From positions 1 to 45,052 of the forward strand of contig JBFJXH010000002.1 of the NCBI GenBank assembly GCA_041623215.1: a stretch of 45,052 nucleotides of DNA, in the 5' to 3' direction. The stretch's first letter is position 1; every line of letters starts with the position of its first letter. The notes under the pieces were generated by a model. It did no database searches, was not told the DNA's origin, and saw nothing but the letters and a program-made list of their open reading frames with translations. A program made the translations under genes and the position numbers. The DNA is from Thermoplasmatota archaeon (GTDB lineage: Archaea > Thermoplasmatota > E2 > JACPAO01 > JAHFTW01). Positions 1-10,665 of this stretch are shown here, one piece after another.

Positions 1-14
1 CTGCCCTCGTCATC

Positions 15-1832
15 ATGCCAGCAGGCGCCCATGAAGAAGAGCCGGAACCGGTGACGCCGCAACAATTGGCCGACCGCTTTACGCCGCGGGCGCCGGGCGT
101 TGAACGAGAGATGACCTTCTTCTATGGCCCCTTCACGATTCCGCCAGGGCAGGACATCAACCGCGTGACCGCCGATGTCCCGGTCCAAGGCGGATTCCTG
201 ACGGATGTTCAGGCGAATCTCTATGACGTGGAGACTGGCGCCCGCCCCAGCAATCAGGACATGCATATCCATCACGCGCACTGGTTCCGCACCAGCGAAG
301 ACCCCAACGATGCGTATTACGTGAGCGACCCCTCGGAAAATGTCGGCATTGCCTGGGTCTTTGGAACCGGCGAGGAGCGGACGCGTGGCAACCTCAACGG
401 GCGAACCGCGGCTGAGTCTCAGGACATTTCTTACGGTATCTTCGTGGAGCCCGGCCAGCCGCAGGCGCTCATCTACATGCTCCACAACAAGAACGCCGTG
501 ACGCGCCACATCTATGTCGCTCTCGATGTGACCTTCGTCTATGGCAGCGCCGACGAGATTGCCGCTGCCGATGACTGCGGCCTGTTGCCGTTACAAGAAG
601 GCGAAGTGTGCCGCGCCGGCGAAGACTTCCATCATTTGCACGGCACCCTTTGGGGCAACACGTTCGACGTGCCGCGAAACTTCGACGCATGGAACCTTGG
701 CCAACCTTCGACCTACATTCGCGGACCTAGCATCGTTGCAGTAGCGGAGCGCCCTGTTGCCGAGTACTACGGTGCCAGTTCATCCATGGCCTTCGAGGCG
801 CCCACAGACGGCGTCAGTATCGGGACGGCCGGCCACTTACATCCCAATGGACGCGAAGTGAGAATTGCCAATTTGGGCTCCGAGGCGCAGCCTTGCGGCG
901 ACCTTGACAACGATGGATTCCCCGGCATTACCATTGCCCGCAGCGTCAAGATCGAGCAGGTTGCGGGCGCCTTCCCGTACTCGGAGGAGTTCCAAATGGG
1001 CGCCACCAAAGATGCCTGGCGCGCTCCCGTCCGCGAGGGCGATCGCATCGTCCAATTCGGCATCTACTCCAATGACCGCTACGCGTCCTACGAAGCCATG
1101 AGCTTTGCCGGCATCTACGTGGACCGGCAACAGGAAGTGGCGCCTCGCGGCACGGCGGGTTGCACCATGGAAAACACGGCGGCGTACTTGTTGGATGCAC
1201 CTGCCGCCACCTGGAGCGAGGTCACGGAAACCACCATCAACGATGATTGGGACGGCCGCGTCAGCCACGGCCACTGCGGTCTTGCCGCTGATGACTTGTC
1301 AACCGACCATGACGACGAGAGTCGGCCATGTCATGATGCCTCCAAGCCGGTTCCAAGCATCGGCACCGGGAAGCCCGCACCAGAGAATACGGTCCACATC
1401 GCCAATTTCCTGAACATTCCCGGTGACCAAAGTCTCAGCGGCGACTTGGGCGCCCCGGTGGCAGTCACGAAGGGCGATGTGCTACGGTTTGTGAATGAGG
1501 ATGTGGCCATTGGTGTGCGCCATACGATTACCAGCTGCGAAATGCCATGCAACGGTCAATACGTGGCCAACTATCCGCAGCCAGACGGCCACTTTGATTC
1601 GGATAAGATGGCGAATCTCGACTACATTGACGGCGGGCTTGCCGACCCCTCGGGCGACCACAGTGTTGCCCGCATTGAGGGCACGGAGTACAGCGGGCCT
1701 GGTATTGACGACGCGGCGTACCCGCACTGGGACTTGGAAACCGCAGACCTTGATGCCGGCCTCTACAGCTACTATTGCCGCATCCACCCGTGGATGCGCG
1801 GCTGGGTCGAAGTGGTGGAACCCACTGCCTAG
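15..1832 (+). CDS. Secreted copper protein with a C-terminal amicyanin-like cupredoxin domain. The 5' end is probably cut by the window edge.
   Basis: The 605-aa ORF stays open to the window start (ALVI precedes Met15). The C-terminus VRHTITSC...YYCRIHPWMRGWVEVVE fits the type-1 Cu ligand pattern H...C-x2-H-x2-M, as in amicyanin (YHCTPHPFMRGKVVVE, from memory). His clusters lie upstream (HIHHAHW, FHHLHG, GHLHPNG). Confidence 0.7.
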   Translation: MPAGAHEEEPEPVTPQQLADRFTPRAPGVEREMTFFYGPFTIPPGQDINRVTADVPVQGGFLTDVQANLYDVETGARPSNQDMHIHHAHWFRTSEDPNDAYYVSDPSENVGIAWVFGTGEERTRGNLNGRTAAESQDISYGIFVEPGQPQALIYMLHNKNAVTRHIYVALDVTFVYGSADEIAAADDCGLLPLQEGEVCRAGEDFHHLHGTLWGNTFDVPRNFDAWNLGQPSTYIRGPSIVAVAERPVAEYYGASSSMAFEAPTDGVSIGTAGHLHPNGREVRIANLGSEAQPCGDLDNDGFPGITIARSVKIEQVAGAFPYSEEFQMGATKDAWRAPVREGDRIVQFGIYSNDRYASYEAMSFAGIYVDRQQEVAPRGTAGCTMENTAAYLLDAPAATWSEVTETTINDDWDGRVSHGHCGLAADDLSTDHDDESRPCHDASKPVPSIGTGKPAPENTVHIANFLNIPGDQSLSGDLGAPVAVTKGDVLRFVNEDVAIGVRHTITSCEMPCNGQYVANYPQPDGHFDSDKMANLDYIDGGLADPSGDHSVARIEGTEYSGPGIDDAAYPHWDLETADLDAGLYSYYCRIHPWMRGWVEVVEPTA

Positions 1833-1850
1833 AGCCGTCGCCCACTACTG

Positions 1851-1883
1851 CCTCACCCCCTCTTCCTTTCCCCTTCTTGCCTC
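1851..1883 (+). terminator. C/T-rich tract downstream of the cupredoxin gene; possible archaeal termination region
   Basis: cctcaccccctcttcctttccccttcttgcctc starts about 20 nt after the stop at 1832. There is no long oligo-T run, so support is weak. Confidence 0.25.
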
Positions 1884-1894
1884 AATACTGGAGA

Positions 1895-3058
1895 TCAGCG
1901 ACTGGCTGCGATGCGCTCAAGGCCGGTTTGAATTCGTTCGCGGCTTGTAGCATAACTGAACCGGAGGTGCCCGCGGCCCATGGCGCCGAAGGCCGAGCCC
2001 GGTGTTCCGGCCACGCCTGCCTCGATGAAGCGCTTGCACAGGGCATCATCGTCGGCTGTGCTCCACACATCGGGGTCGAAGTGCGGGAAGACATAGAACG
2101 CTCCTTTAGGCTCGGGGCAGGTGACGCCGGGCATGGCGCGAAGCCCCTCCACCATGAGTTGCCGCCTGGCAGCAAATTCACGTCGCATAGCCTCCACCTC
2201 GTCCCACGGGCCATTGAGCGCGGCAACCGCGCCGTGCTGGGCAAAGGCAGTGCAGCACGTGACGCTATGGGACTGTAGTTTGTTGATTTGCTTGAACGCC
2301 GGCTCGGGCGCCACCAGCCAGCCAATTCGCCAACCAGTCATGGCAAAGGACTTCGACAGGCCATCTAGCGTAATCGTGCGCTCGAAGGCACCCTCAACGC
2401 TGGCCGGAGACAGATGCGGCGCATCATCATAGCGAATTTCCTGGTAGATTTCGTCGCTAACAATCCACAGATCATGGTCAATGGCCAGCTCCACGATGCC
2501 ACGGACATCCTCAGGCGTGTTGATGCCGCCCGTGGGGTTGCTGGGACTGTTCATCAACACCACCTTGGTCCGCGGCGTAATCCGTTCGGCGACGGCTTCT
2601 GGCGTCATGCGAAAGCCTTCGTCCGCCGTGGTGGGTACGGGCACCGGCGTCGCATGGGCCCATTGCGTGATGGGGTCATACGATACCCAGGCGGGATCAG
2701 GCAGCAAGACTTCATCGCCTTGGTCCACCAGGGCTAGAAGCGTCATGGCAACCGCTTGCTTGGTTGGGCTTACGAGCACATTCGACGACGAGCACGGGAT
2801 GTTGTTGCTGCGCGTGTGGTAGTCTGCCACCGCCTGGCGAAGCGCCGGAATACCGGGGCCAGGCGTGTACTTCGTTTCACCCGCATCAAGAGCGGCTTTG
2901 GCCGCCTCCCGGACGTGGGCTGGCGTGGTGAAATCAGGTTCGCCGACGCTGAAGCTCACCATATCGACGCCTTGCGCCTTCTTTTCGGCCACGAGGTTGG
3001 CAATGGCAACGGTGGCACTTCCAATGACGCGGTCCATACGGGGTGCAAATCCAGGCAC
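1895..3058 (-). CDS. aspC: Class I PLP-dependent (aspartate-type) aminotransferase
   Basis: 387 aa. Motifs: GEPDFTTP near the N-terminus, NSPSNPTG, SKSFAMTGWRIGW (Schiff-base Lys motif), and a C-terminal FSY/R region. The start could also be the Met at 3037. Confidence 0.88.
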   Translation of the reverse strand: MPGFAPRMDRVIGSATVAIANLVAEKKAQGVDMVSFSVGEPDFTTPAHVREAAKAALDAGETKYTPGPGIPALRQAVADYHTRSNNIPCSSSNVLVSPTKQAVAMTLLALVDQGDEVLLPDPAWVSYDPITQWAHATPVPVPTTADEGFRMTPEAVAERITPRTKVVLMNSPSNPTGGINTPEDVRGIVELAIDHDLWIVSDEIYQEIRYDDAPHLSPASVEGAFERTITLDGLSKSFAMTGWRIGWLVAPEPAFKQINKLQSHSVTCCTAFAQHGAVAALNGPWDEVEAMRREFAARRQLMVEGLRAMPGVTCPEPKGAFYVFPHFDPDVWSTADDDALCKRFIEAGVAGTPGSAFGAMGRGHLRFSYATSRERIQTGLERIAASR

Positions 3059-3132
3059 GCTTCCGCCACCCGCGCGCTCCTTATGGCGTCACCGACGCAA
3101 AACCCCAAGAGCATCGTCCTCCACGGAGGCAT

Positions 3133-3495
3133 GTGGCCCACACCTTCACCGTCGTCAAGACCGAGACTTGCCCGTTTTGCATTCAGGCCATGGCTTTCCT
3201 GAAAGCGCTGCATGAAGCTCGTGGCGATTTCACTGTCAAAGTCATCGACGCCAACGCGAACCCGAAGAAGGCGCGCGCCGTCTTCGAACGCGTAGGCCGC
3301 AACACAGTACCGCAGATCTTCATCAACGACCAATACGTGGGTGGATGGTCCGAATTGAGCCGCGCCGCCGGGTCGGGCAAATTGGATGCCTTCCTGGATG
3401 GCGCCGAATGGAAGGAACCAGAACGCCCACCCAAGACCAGCGCTTGGAAGCGAATCTTTGGCAAGCGTGCAAGGGCTGAGTCAACCAGCGGTTAG
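3133..3495 (+). CDS. Glutaredoxin-family thiol-disulfide oxidoreductase with a basic C-terminal tail
   Basis: CPFC active site (VVKTETCPFC), TVPQIFINDQYVGG and the GG..EL motif. The longest-ORF start (3043) overlaps the divergent aspC start, so the in-frame GTG at 3133 (AHTFTVVK...) is preferred. Confidence 0.8.
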   Translation: MAHTFTVVKTETCPFCIQAMAFLKALHEARGDFTVKVIDANANPKKARAVFERVGRNTVPQIFINDQYVGGWSELSRAAGSGKLDAFLDGAEWKEPERPPKTSAWKRIFGKRARAESTSG

Positions 3496-3541
3496 CAAGC
3501 AGAAAGCTTGACGAGACCAGCACACGGGCTGCGCCCACTTC

Positions 3542-3571
3542 AAAAGAGGGAAAGAGAGGGAAAGGGAGAGG
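3542..3571 (-). terminator. Polypyrimidine (C/T) tract just downstream of the hppA stop; possible terminator
   Basis: The minus strand reads CTCTCCCTTTCCCTCTCTTTCCCTCTTTTG, starting about 14 nt after the stop at 3585. Confidence 0.3.
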
Positions 3572-3584
3572 TTTCAGGCTGTGC

Positions 3585-5708
<2,124 letters not shown>

Positions 5709-5755
5709 GATGTTTCCTCTGTTCGTACAGGAGTGAATGCAAAGTGGCGCAGGGC

Positions 5756-6412
5756 CTACAAGTCAGCCTCGAAGTCGTCCACTTCCATGGTGAACGCTTC
5801 CCGGTTGGCTAGCGTGCCACGGGCCATCAGCGTCTCGCGGGTCAGCAGCCAGTAGAGAAGAGCTAGGCTGCGGCGACCCTTGTTGTTGCCGGGGACGACC
5901 ATGTTGAGACCCTTGGTCTCGTTGTTGGAGTCGCAGAAGGCGATGATGGGAATGCCAATGTTGGCCGCTTCGCGAAGTGCCTGGGCATCGCCGAGGGGGT
6001 CCGTGGCGACGATGATTTCAGGTTCCATGAAGTTCGGCGTCACCGGGTTGGTCAGGGTGCCGGGCGTGAAGCGGCCGGCGATGGCCGTGGCGCCGAGCGC
6101 CTTGGCGCATTCCTTGACGGGGGTCTGGCCATATTGGCGCTGGCTGACGAAGAGGACGCGCTTGGGGTCGTAGCGCTTCAGCTTCTCGGCGGCCGTGCGG
6201 ATGGCGGCGTCGGTCTTGGCGACGTCCAGCACGTAGAGGCCGTCATTGCGCACACGGAAGATGTACGGCTTCATGTCGGCGTTCTTGTGCTGCGTGCCAA
6301 TGTGCACGCCGCTCGTCAGGTATTCTTCCTCGGCCACCAGGAGCTCGGTGTCACCGGCGCTCGACTGTTGGTCGGCTTGCGTCAGAAGGGATTCTTCGCT
6401 CATGCTGTTCAC
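5756..6412 (-). CDS. rps2: 30S ribosomal protein uS2 (archaeal/eukaryotic SA type)
   Basis: 218 aa. [36 protein letters not shown]..., plus the C-terminal acidic tail typical of archaeal S2. The ATG abuts the rpoK stop. Confidence 0.93.
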   Translation of the reverse strand: MNSMSEESLLTQADQQSSAGDTELLVAEEEYLTSGVHIGTQHKNADMKPYIFRVRNDGLYVLDVAKTDAAIRTAAEKLKRYDPKRVLFVSQRQYGQTPVKECAKALGATAIAGRFTPGTLTNPVTPNFMEPEIIVATDPLGDAQALREAANIGIPIIAFCDSNNETKGLNMVVPGNNKGRRSLALLYWLLTRETLMARGTLANREAFTMEVDDFEADL

Positions 6413-6592
6413 CTAGGCTGTGGTGGTCCGTTTGACCGTGATGGGCACTGCGCCCGCATCGTATTCTTGGATGGCCACTTGCACCGGGTCGCGCATGTCT
6501 TCGGGAACTTCGATGAGCACCGGAGCGCCCATGCTCAGTTGCAACGCACGCGCACCGATGATGCGGGCCTTCTCGAACCGTGTGTGTTCCAA
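6413..6592 (-). CDS. rpoK: DNA-directed RNA polymerase subunit K (Rpo6)
   Basis: The conserved core [21 protein letters not shown] sits only at the C-terminal end of the 136-aa track ORF. The in-frame TTG at 6592 is preceded by AGGTGAT (SD-like). The upstream part of the ORF is Arg/Pro-rich nonsense. Confidence 0.8.
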   Translation of the reverse strand: MEHTRFEKARIIGARALQLSMGAPVLIEVPEDMRDPVQVAIQEYDAGAVPITVKRTTTA

Positions 6593-6606
6593 GGGATCAC
6601 CTGGGA

Positions 6607-6624
6607 GGCGACTTTGCAGTCGCC
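6607..6624 (-). promoter_or_regulatory. Stem-loop in the putative rpoK 5' leader
   Basis: GGCGAC-(6 nt)-GTCGCC is a perfect 6-bp stem, 15-30 nt upstream of the TTG start. A TATA-like CTTTATGA lies at about 6652-6660. Confidence 0.35.
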
Positions 6625-6857
6625 GGTTGGGTCGCGGCCACGTGGAGGGGGTCATAAAGGCTTGGACGGGGAGGCCGACCGCTGTCTCTGCAAAATGGAG
6701 TCGTTCCCGCCCGTGAGGGCCGGCATCCCGCCTGCGTGGGATCTGCTCCGTAGCGAGACGGAAATTGCTGCCCCATTTGAGCGCTGCGGCGGGTGGCCGC
6801 CGGGAACATCGGAGCCGCCACAAGCCCTGGTAGGCGGGGCTGGCCGAGCAACCGCGC

Positions 6858-7208
6858 CTACGGGTCTAGCAGGATGTGGAGCGCGTCGGGCCCAGGCCGG
6901 CCGACGGCCGCCTCGTCGCCGCGAATCAAGATGGGTCGCTCCATGAGAATCGGGTGCTGGGCCATGGCTTGTAGCAGCTCCAAGGGCGGAGCCTGCCGGT
7001 CCAAGCCGTGCGCTTCGTCTTGGCCCCAGCGCAGCCATTCGGCGGGCGGGCGGCCGAGGCGCGCCTTGAGAATACGCAACTCGTCCAAACTGAGGGGTTG
7101 CTTGAGGTACTCTCGAACCTCGTGGTCTACACCCCGCTGCTGCAACAGCGCCAAGGCGGCCCTGCTCTTGCTACAGCGGGGGTTGTGTAGAAGGATGAAG
7201 TCGGCCAT
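6858..7208 (-). CDS. ArsC/Spx-family protein (YfgD-like arsenate reductase family)
   Basis: 116 aa. The N-terminal [17 protein letters not shown] motif and overall size fit the glutaredoxin-coupled ArsC family. Confidence 0.8.
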   Translation of the reverse strand: MADFILLHNPRCSKSRAALALLQQRGVDHEVREYLKQPLSLDELRILKARLGRPPAEWLRWGQDEAHGLDRQAPPLELLQAMAQHPILMERPILIRGDEAAVGRPGPDALHILLDP

Positions 7209-7214
7209 GTAGGC

Positions 7215-7490
7215 TCAACTGGTGAGCAGCAGGGGTTCGAGGCCGCGAGGCACTTCGCCCTTCGACAAGGCTTCGCGCACTTCGGCGGCGTTGACGCCAG
7301 CCTGGAAGAAGCGCTTGGGCGACTGGTAGTCCAGGGCCCCGCAGCGGCGAAGGTAGCCGTCCAAGTGAGGAATCGCTTCGCGTTCAAGGATGACATCCAT
7401 CTCGCGGATGCTCATGGTCTTGCCCCCGTCAAAGCGCTCGGTCAGTTCGTCGATGATGCCGATGAGGCGGTCGGCGAGTTCCTTGTTCAT
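7215..7490 (-). CDS. Small hypothetical protein (helical, cytoplasmic)
   Basis: The Met at 7490 (MNKELADRLIGIIDELTERF...) gives 91 aa. The gene sits 6 nt upstream of the ArsC-family gene on the same strand. No family recognised. Confidence 0.5.
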   Translation of the reverse strand: MNKELADRLIGIIDELTERFDGGKTMSIREMDVILEREAIPHLDGYLRRCGALDYQSPKRFFQAGVNAAEVREALSKGEVPRGLEPLLLTS

Positions 7491-7621
7491 GGCGTTCGCC
7501 ACGCGCGACCCGTATAAAAACCTCCAGCGGGAAAAAGGTACCAAATCCAAGTCAAATCTACCAGAAGGATTTGAGAAAACCCAAAGAAGGACCTACCTTG
7601 GCAAGCGTCGGAGCTTGCGCT

Positions 7622-9793
7622 ATGAACCGTCGAATCGCCACCGTGATGGTCGCCATCTTGTCCCTGTACCTCGTTCCCCTGTCGTCGGCAGGGACCCAGG
7701 GCGCCCCCGAAGTCACGGACCCGATGGGCGACCAAACCATTGAGGACGACACCCCTGGTGGCTTTGAACAAATTAGCGGCAACGTCAACGAGTACCCCTT
7801 TGACGAAGTGGATTTGCTGGCCGGATGGATGACGGATAACGGCAGCCACCTGCAGATTCACGTCGAAACCAACGCGTCCATCTCGGGCGCTGACACCAAC
7901 ACCTTGCTGGAAGCGTCGTTCCTCGTAGAGAAGGGACCAACCAGCGTCTTCGGCTCCACCGCCAACGGCGTCCAATGGACGCTGGTTACCGACAGTAACT
8001 TCACCACGGGTGGCGCCGACAACCTGAGCGTAACCTATGACGGTGTGATTACGACGTTCCACGTTCCGCTGGCCGACCTTGGCGCAAGCGGCGGGGACCT
8101 CATTACGAACCTGCGGCTCCAGACGGTGGCCAGCCATCCCGTCCAGGCACCAGCCGACCCCTTCGTGGGCACGCAGTCCCCCTTCACGGTCCAGGAAGTC
8201 TACGACAACCTGACCACCTTGAAGGCGACCGACATCGCCCCCAACAATGGCACCGCCGACAATTACACGTTGAGCCGATTCCCCATTGTTCCTGCGGTGG
8301 CTCTGCGCGTCGAAGGCGAGGCTCACCGGGTGACTGCTGACCCTGAACACGCAGCCGCGTTCATCGTCAACATTACCAACACCGGTACCGACGTAGATGG
8401 GTTCAACCTCACCCTCACAAGCCCCGCAGCCGGAGTCAACGCCGACTTGCAACCGATGCGCTTCATGCTGGACCCCGGCCAAACCGGCCGCGCCTTCCTG
8501 ACGGTTACGTTGAACGGAACCGCCGTGGGCACCAACCATTCCTTCGCCGTAAGCGCCATTAGTGACCGGGGTGCGACCTCGTCCACTGCGGCATCCCTCA
8601 CCCTCCGCGCCGTCGTTCCCGGCTTCGAGCTGCGCACTGATGACGCCACGCACGTCACCGAAGACCCCAACGCCACCGTGACCTTCGACCTTGACATCAC
8701 CAACACGGGCAGCGACGCCGACACCTTCTTCCTCGACACCCCCACCGTAACCGGCGCGGCGCTTGTTCGCGTCGAACCAGGCATCTTCGAATTGGACCCT
8801 GGCGCCTCCGCCAGCGCCACCGTGACCGTGGAACTGCAAGACGCTGCTGACGGCGATGTCTCCGTCCGCATCTCCGGCACCAGCGACAACGGTGCCACTG
8901 CCGCAACAACGCTCACCGTCACCGTAGACCGGCCTTTCGTCATCATCCCCCCCAAGGACGATGTGCGAGACCCCGTACTTGCCAGCCCCGCCTGGCTGGT
9001 TGACCTGGCCGAAGCGCTGGGCTTTGACTCCGTCTTCGGAGACTGGGCCGAACTGGTCCTCCTCGGGCTCATCTTGCTGCTGCTGATTCTACTCATCTTC
9101 CTCATCATTCTCCTCATCCGCCCTCGCTGGGTGGACGTGGAAGTCGATGAGCGCAAGGCCACCGGACGCCCCGGTTCGCAAGCGGAATTCCACGTCACCA
9201 TTGACAACCGCAAGAGTCGCCACCGCCGTGTCAAGGCGCGCCTGACGGGTGCCGAGCCTGGCTGGCTTACGCAACTGCAACTGCACCAGGAAGGCGCCGA
9301 CGGCGACACTCACAAGGTCAGCGACGACGGCGAACTCGAGTTCGACCTCGCCGCGCGCAACAATGTGGCAGGCCGGTTGGAAGGCATTGTCCGCGTGGAT
9401 ATCCCCGACCACGCCGAAGACAAGGACTTGACGCGCCTCGCCTTGGATGTCGTGCCACTCGATGACGCTGGTGTGGAGCGCCCCAAGAAGGGCAAGACCA
9501 CCAACCTAACGGTACAAGCGGACACCGCCATCTACGGCGAGCCCATTACCCTGGGTGAGGTGATGCACGACCCCGCCGAACCGGAAGAAGGCCAAGCGGT
9601 CACCACGACGGCCACCATCGAAAACCACAGCGACGAAGCGTGGGACCTCGACATCCACTTGGAAGTGGACGGCGACCTCGCGGACCAGACCGCTCTGCAC
9701 GTTCCCCCTTACAGCACGGCCACGGCGACCTTCCATTGGACCGCCGACCGCGGCAACAACAAGGTCTCCGTGCAGGTTTACCCCGGTTCATAG
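7622..9793 (+). CDS. Large surface (glyco)protein with a signal peptide, repeated CARDB/NEW3-like beta-sandwich modules and one internal Leu/Ile-rich TM helix
   Basis: MNRRIATVMVAILSLYLVPLSSAGTQG is the signal peptide. Repeated modules include FIVNITNTGTDVDGFNLTLTSP, FDLDITNTGSDADTFFLDTP and TATIENHSDEAWDLDIHLEVDG. There are many N-x-S/T sequons. The TM helix is LVLLGLILLLLILLIFLIILLI. Confidence 0.8.
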   Translation: MNRRIATVMVAILSLYLVPLSSAGTQGAPEVTDPMGDQTIEDDTPGGFEQISGNVNEYPFDEVDLLAGWMTDNGSHLQIHVETNASISGADTNTLLEASFLVEKGPTSVFGSTANGVQWTLVTDSNFTTGGADNLSVTYDGVITTFHVPLADLGASGGDLITNLRLQTVASHPVQAPADPFVGTQSPFTVQEVYDNLTTLKATDIAPNNGTADNYTLSRFPIVPAVALRVEGEAHRVTADPEHAAAFIVNITNTGTDVDGFNLTLTSPAAGVNADLQPMRFMLDPGQTGRAFLTVTLNGTAVGTNHSFAVSAISDRGATSSTAASLTLRAVVPGFELRTDDATHVTEDPNATVTFDLDITNTGSDADTFFLDTPTVTGAALVRVEPGIFELDPGASASATVTVELQDAADGDVSVRISGTSDNGATAATTLTVTVDRPFVIIPPKDDVRDPVLASPAWLVDLAEALGFDSVFGDWAELVLLGLILLLLILLIFLIILLIRPRWVDVEVDERKATGRPGSQAEFHVTIDNRKSRHRRVKARLTGAEPGWLTQLQLHQEGADGDTHKVSDDGELEFDLAARNNVAGRLEGIVRVDIPDHAEDKDLTRLALDVVPLDDAGVERPKKGKTTNLTVQADTAIYGEPITLGEVMHDPAEPEEGQAVTTTATIENHSDEAWDLDIHLEVDGDLADQTALHVPPYSTATATFHWTADRGNNKVSVQVYPGS

Positions 9794-9889
9794 GCGGGGT
9801 GACACTCGGCGAGGGCGCTGACGCGCTGGCAAGCTGAGCGGGAGCCCTACGGCGCGATGGCGCCAACGACGACGCCTCGCTTACGCTAA

Positions 9890-9914
9890 CGGGAAAGACA
9901 AGAGACTGTTCCCG
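9890..9914 (-). terminator. Hairpin downstream of the aEF-1beta stop
   Basis: CGGGAA-(13 nt)-TTCCCG is a 6-bp stem, 14 nt after the stop codon at 9928, in the convergent intergenic region. Confidence 0.35.
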
Positions 9915-9927
9915 GTCGTACCGCCAG

Positions 9928-10194
9928 CTACAGCCGGCCCATTTCGACCAGTTCGACGCCCTGGACGTTGTCGAGACCCATGAGGGCAGCTTCGACCAGG
10001 TCGTTGTTGCCTTCTTCGTCTTCGACGACGATGGCCGCCTCGAGCACCTTGAGGCCGAAGGCAAACGGCTTGGCTTCGCAGGCCTGAATGGTTGCGCAGG
10101 CAGGCAGGGCCGCCTTCATGGCAGCCTGGAGGCCGTCAAGATCCACATCGGGACTTTCGGGCATGACACGGTAGCGGATGAACACTTCACCCAT
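9928..10194 (-). CDS. ef1b: Translation elongation factor aEF-1 beta
   Basis: 88 aa. MGEVFIRYRVMPESPDVDLDGL...FGLKVLEAAIVVEDEEG...VELVEMGRL matches the size and pattern of archaeal EF-1beta. Confidence 0.9.
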   Translation of the reverse strand: MGEVFIRYRVMPESPDVDLDGLQAAMKAALPACATIQACEAKPFAFGLKVLEAAIVVEDEEGNNDLVEAALMGLDNVQGVELVEMGRL

Positions 10195-10272
10195 GAGGCG
10201 CGCCGACTTAGGTCCCCTATATCACCGTTCGGGACCCACAAGCCTTTGATGCGCGGGGCCGTCGAACGGGTC

Positions 10273-10578
10273 ATGCCCTTCTGTGGAGACTGCAAAGCCA
10301 TGGTGTACCCCGTAGGTGGCAAGCTGACCTGCAAACGCTGCGGCTGGAGCGATTCGAAGGCGGCCGAATCCAAGATTGTCGACGTCAACAAGGCCAGCGG
10401 CCAGGCCGTCGTCGTACACGAGGAGAAGCAGGAAGCGCGCCCGATTCAGGACGCTGAATGCCCCAAGTGCGGCCACGAGAAAGCGTACTTCCATTTGATG
10501 CAGACGCGGCGCAGCGACGAACCGCCGACCGAAATCAACGAGTGCGTCAAGTGCGGCCACTCGTGGCGCGAGTATTGA
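10273..10578 (+). CDS. tfs: Transcription factor S (TFS, RpoM-like)
   Basis: Has an N-terminal Zn ribbon (FCGDC...CKRCG) and a C-terminal TFIIS-type ribbon (CPKCGHEKAYFHLMQTRRSDEPPTEINECVKCGHSW) with the acidic SDE hairpin. The Met at 10273 is preferred. Confidence 0.9.
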   Translation: MPFCGDCKAMVYPVGGKLTCKRCGWSDSKAAESKIVDVNKASGQAVVVHEEKQEARPIQDAECPKCGHEKAYFHLMQTRRSDEPPTEINECVKCGHSWREY

Positions 10579-10665
10579 GCCCAGCCCCCGCTTGAGCCAG
10601 GAAGCCGAGTGGTGTTCCGGTGCGGTTAAAGTCGAAACGCCAGTGGCCGCGCCCTAGGATTGACC

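Noticed and set aside
7487-8839. A 450-aa minus-strand ORF and other long ORFs antisense to confident genes. Examples: 10654-11490 (-), 14893-15780 (-), 3729-4541 (+), 6134-6946 (+), 20251-21093 (+), 24328-25089 (-), 13683-14405 (-), 8323-9309 (-).
   Set aside because: They are Gly/Arg/Ala/Val-rich and lack motifs. Each lies fully opposite a gene with strong family signatures. These are the typical shadow ORFs of high-GC DNA.
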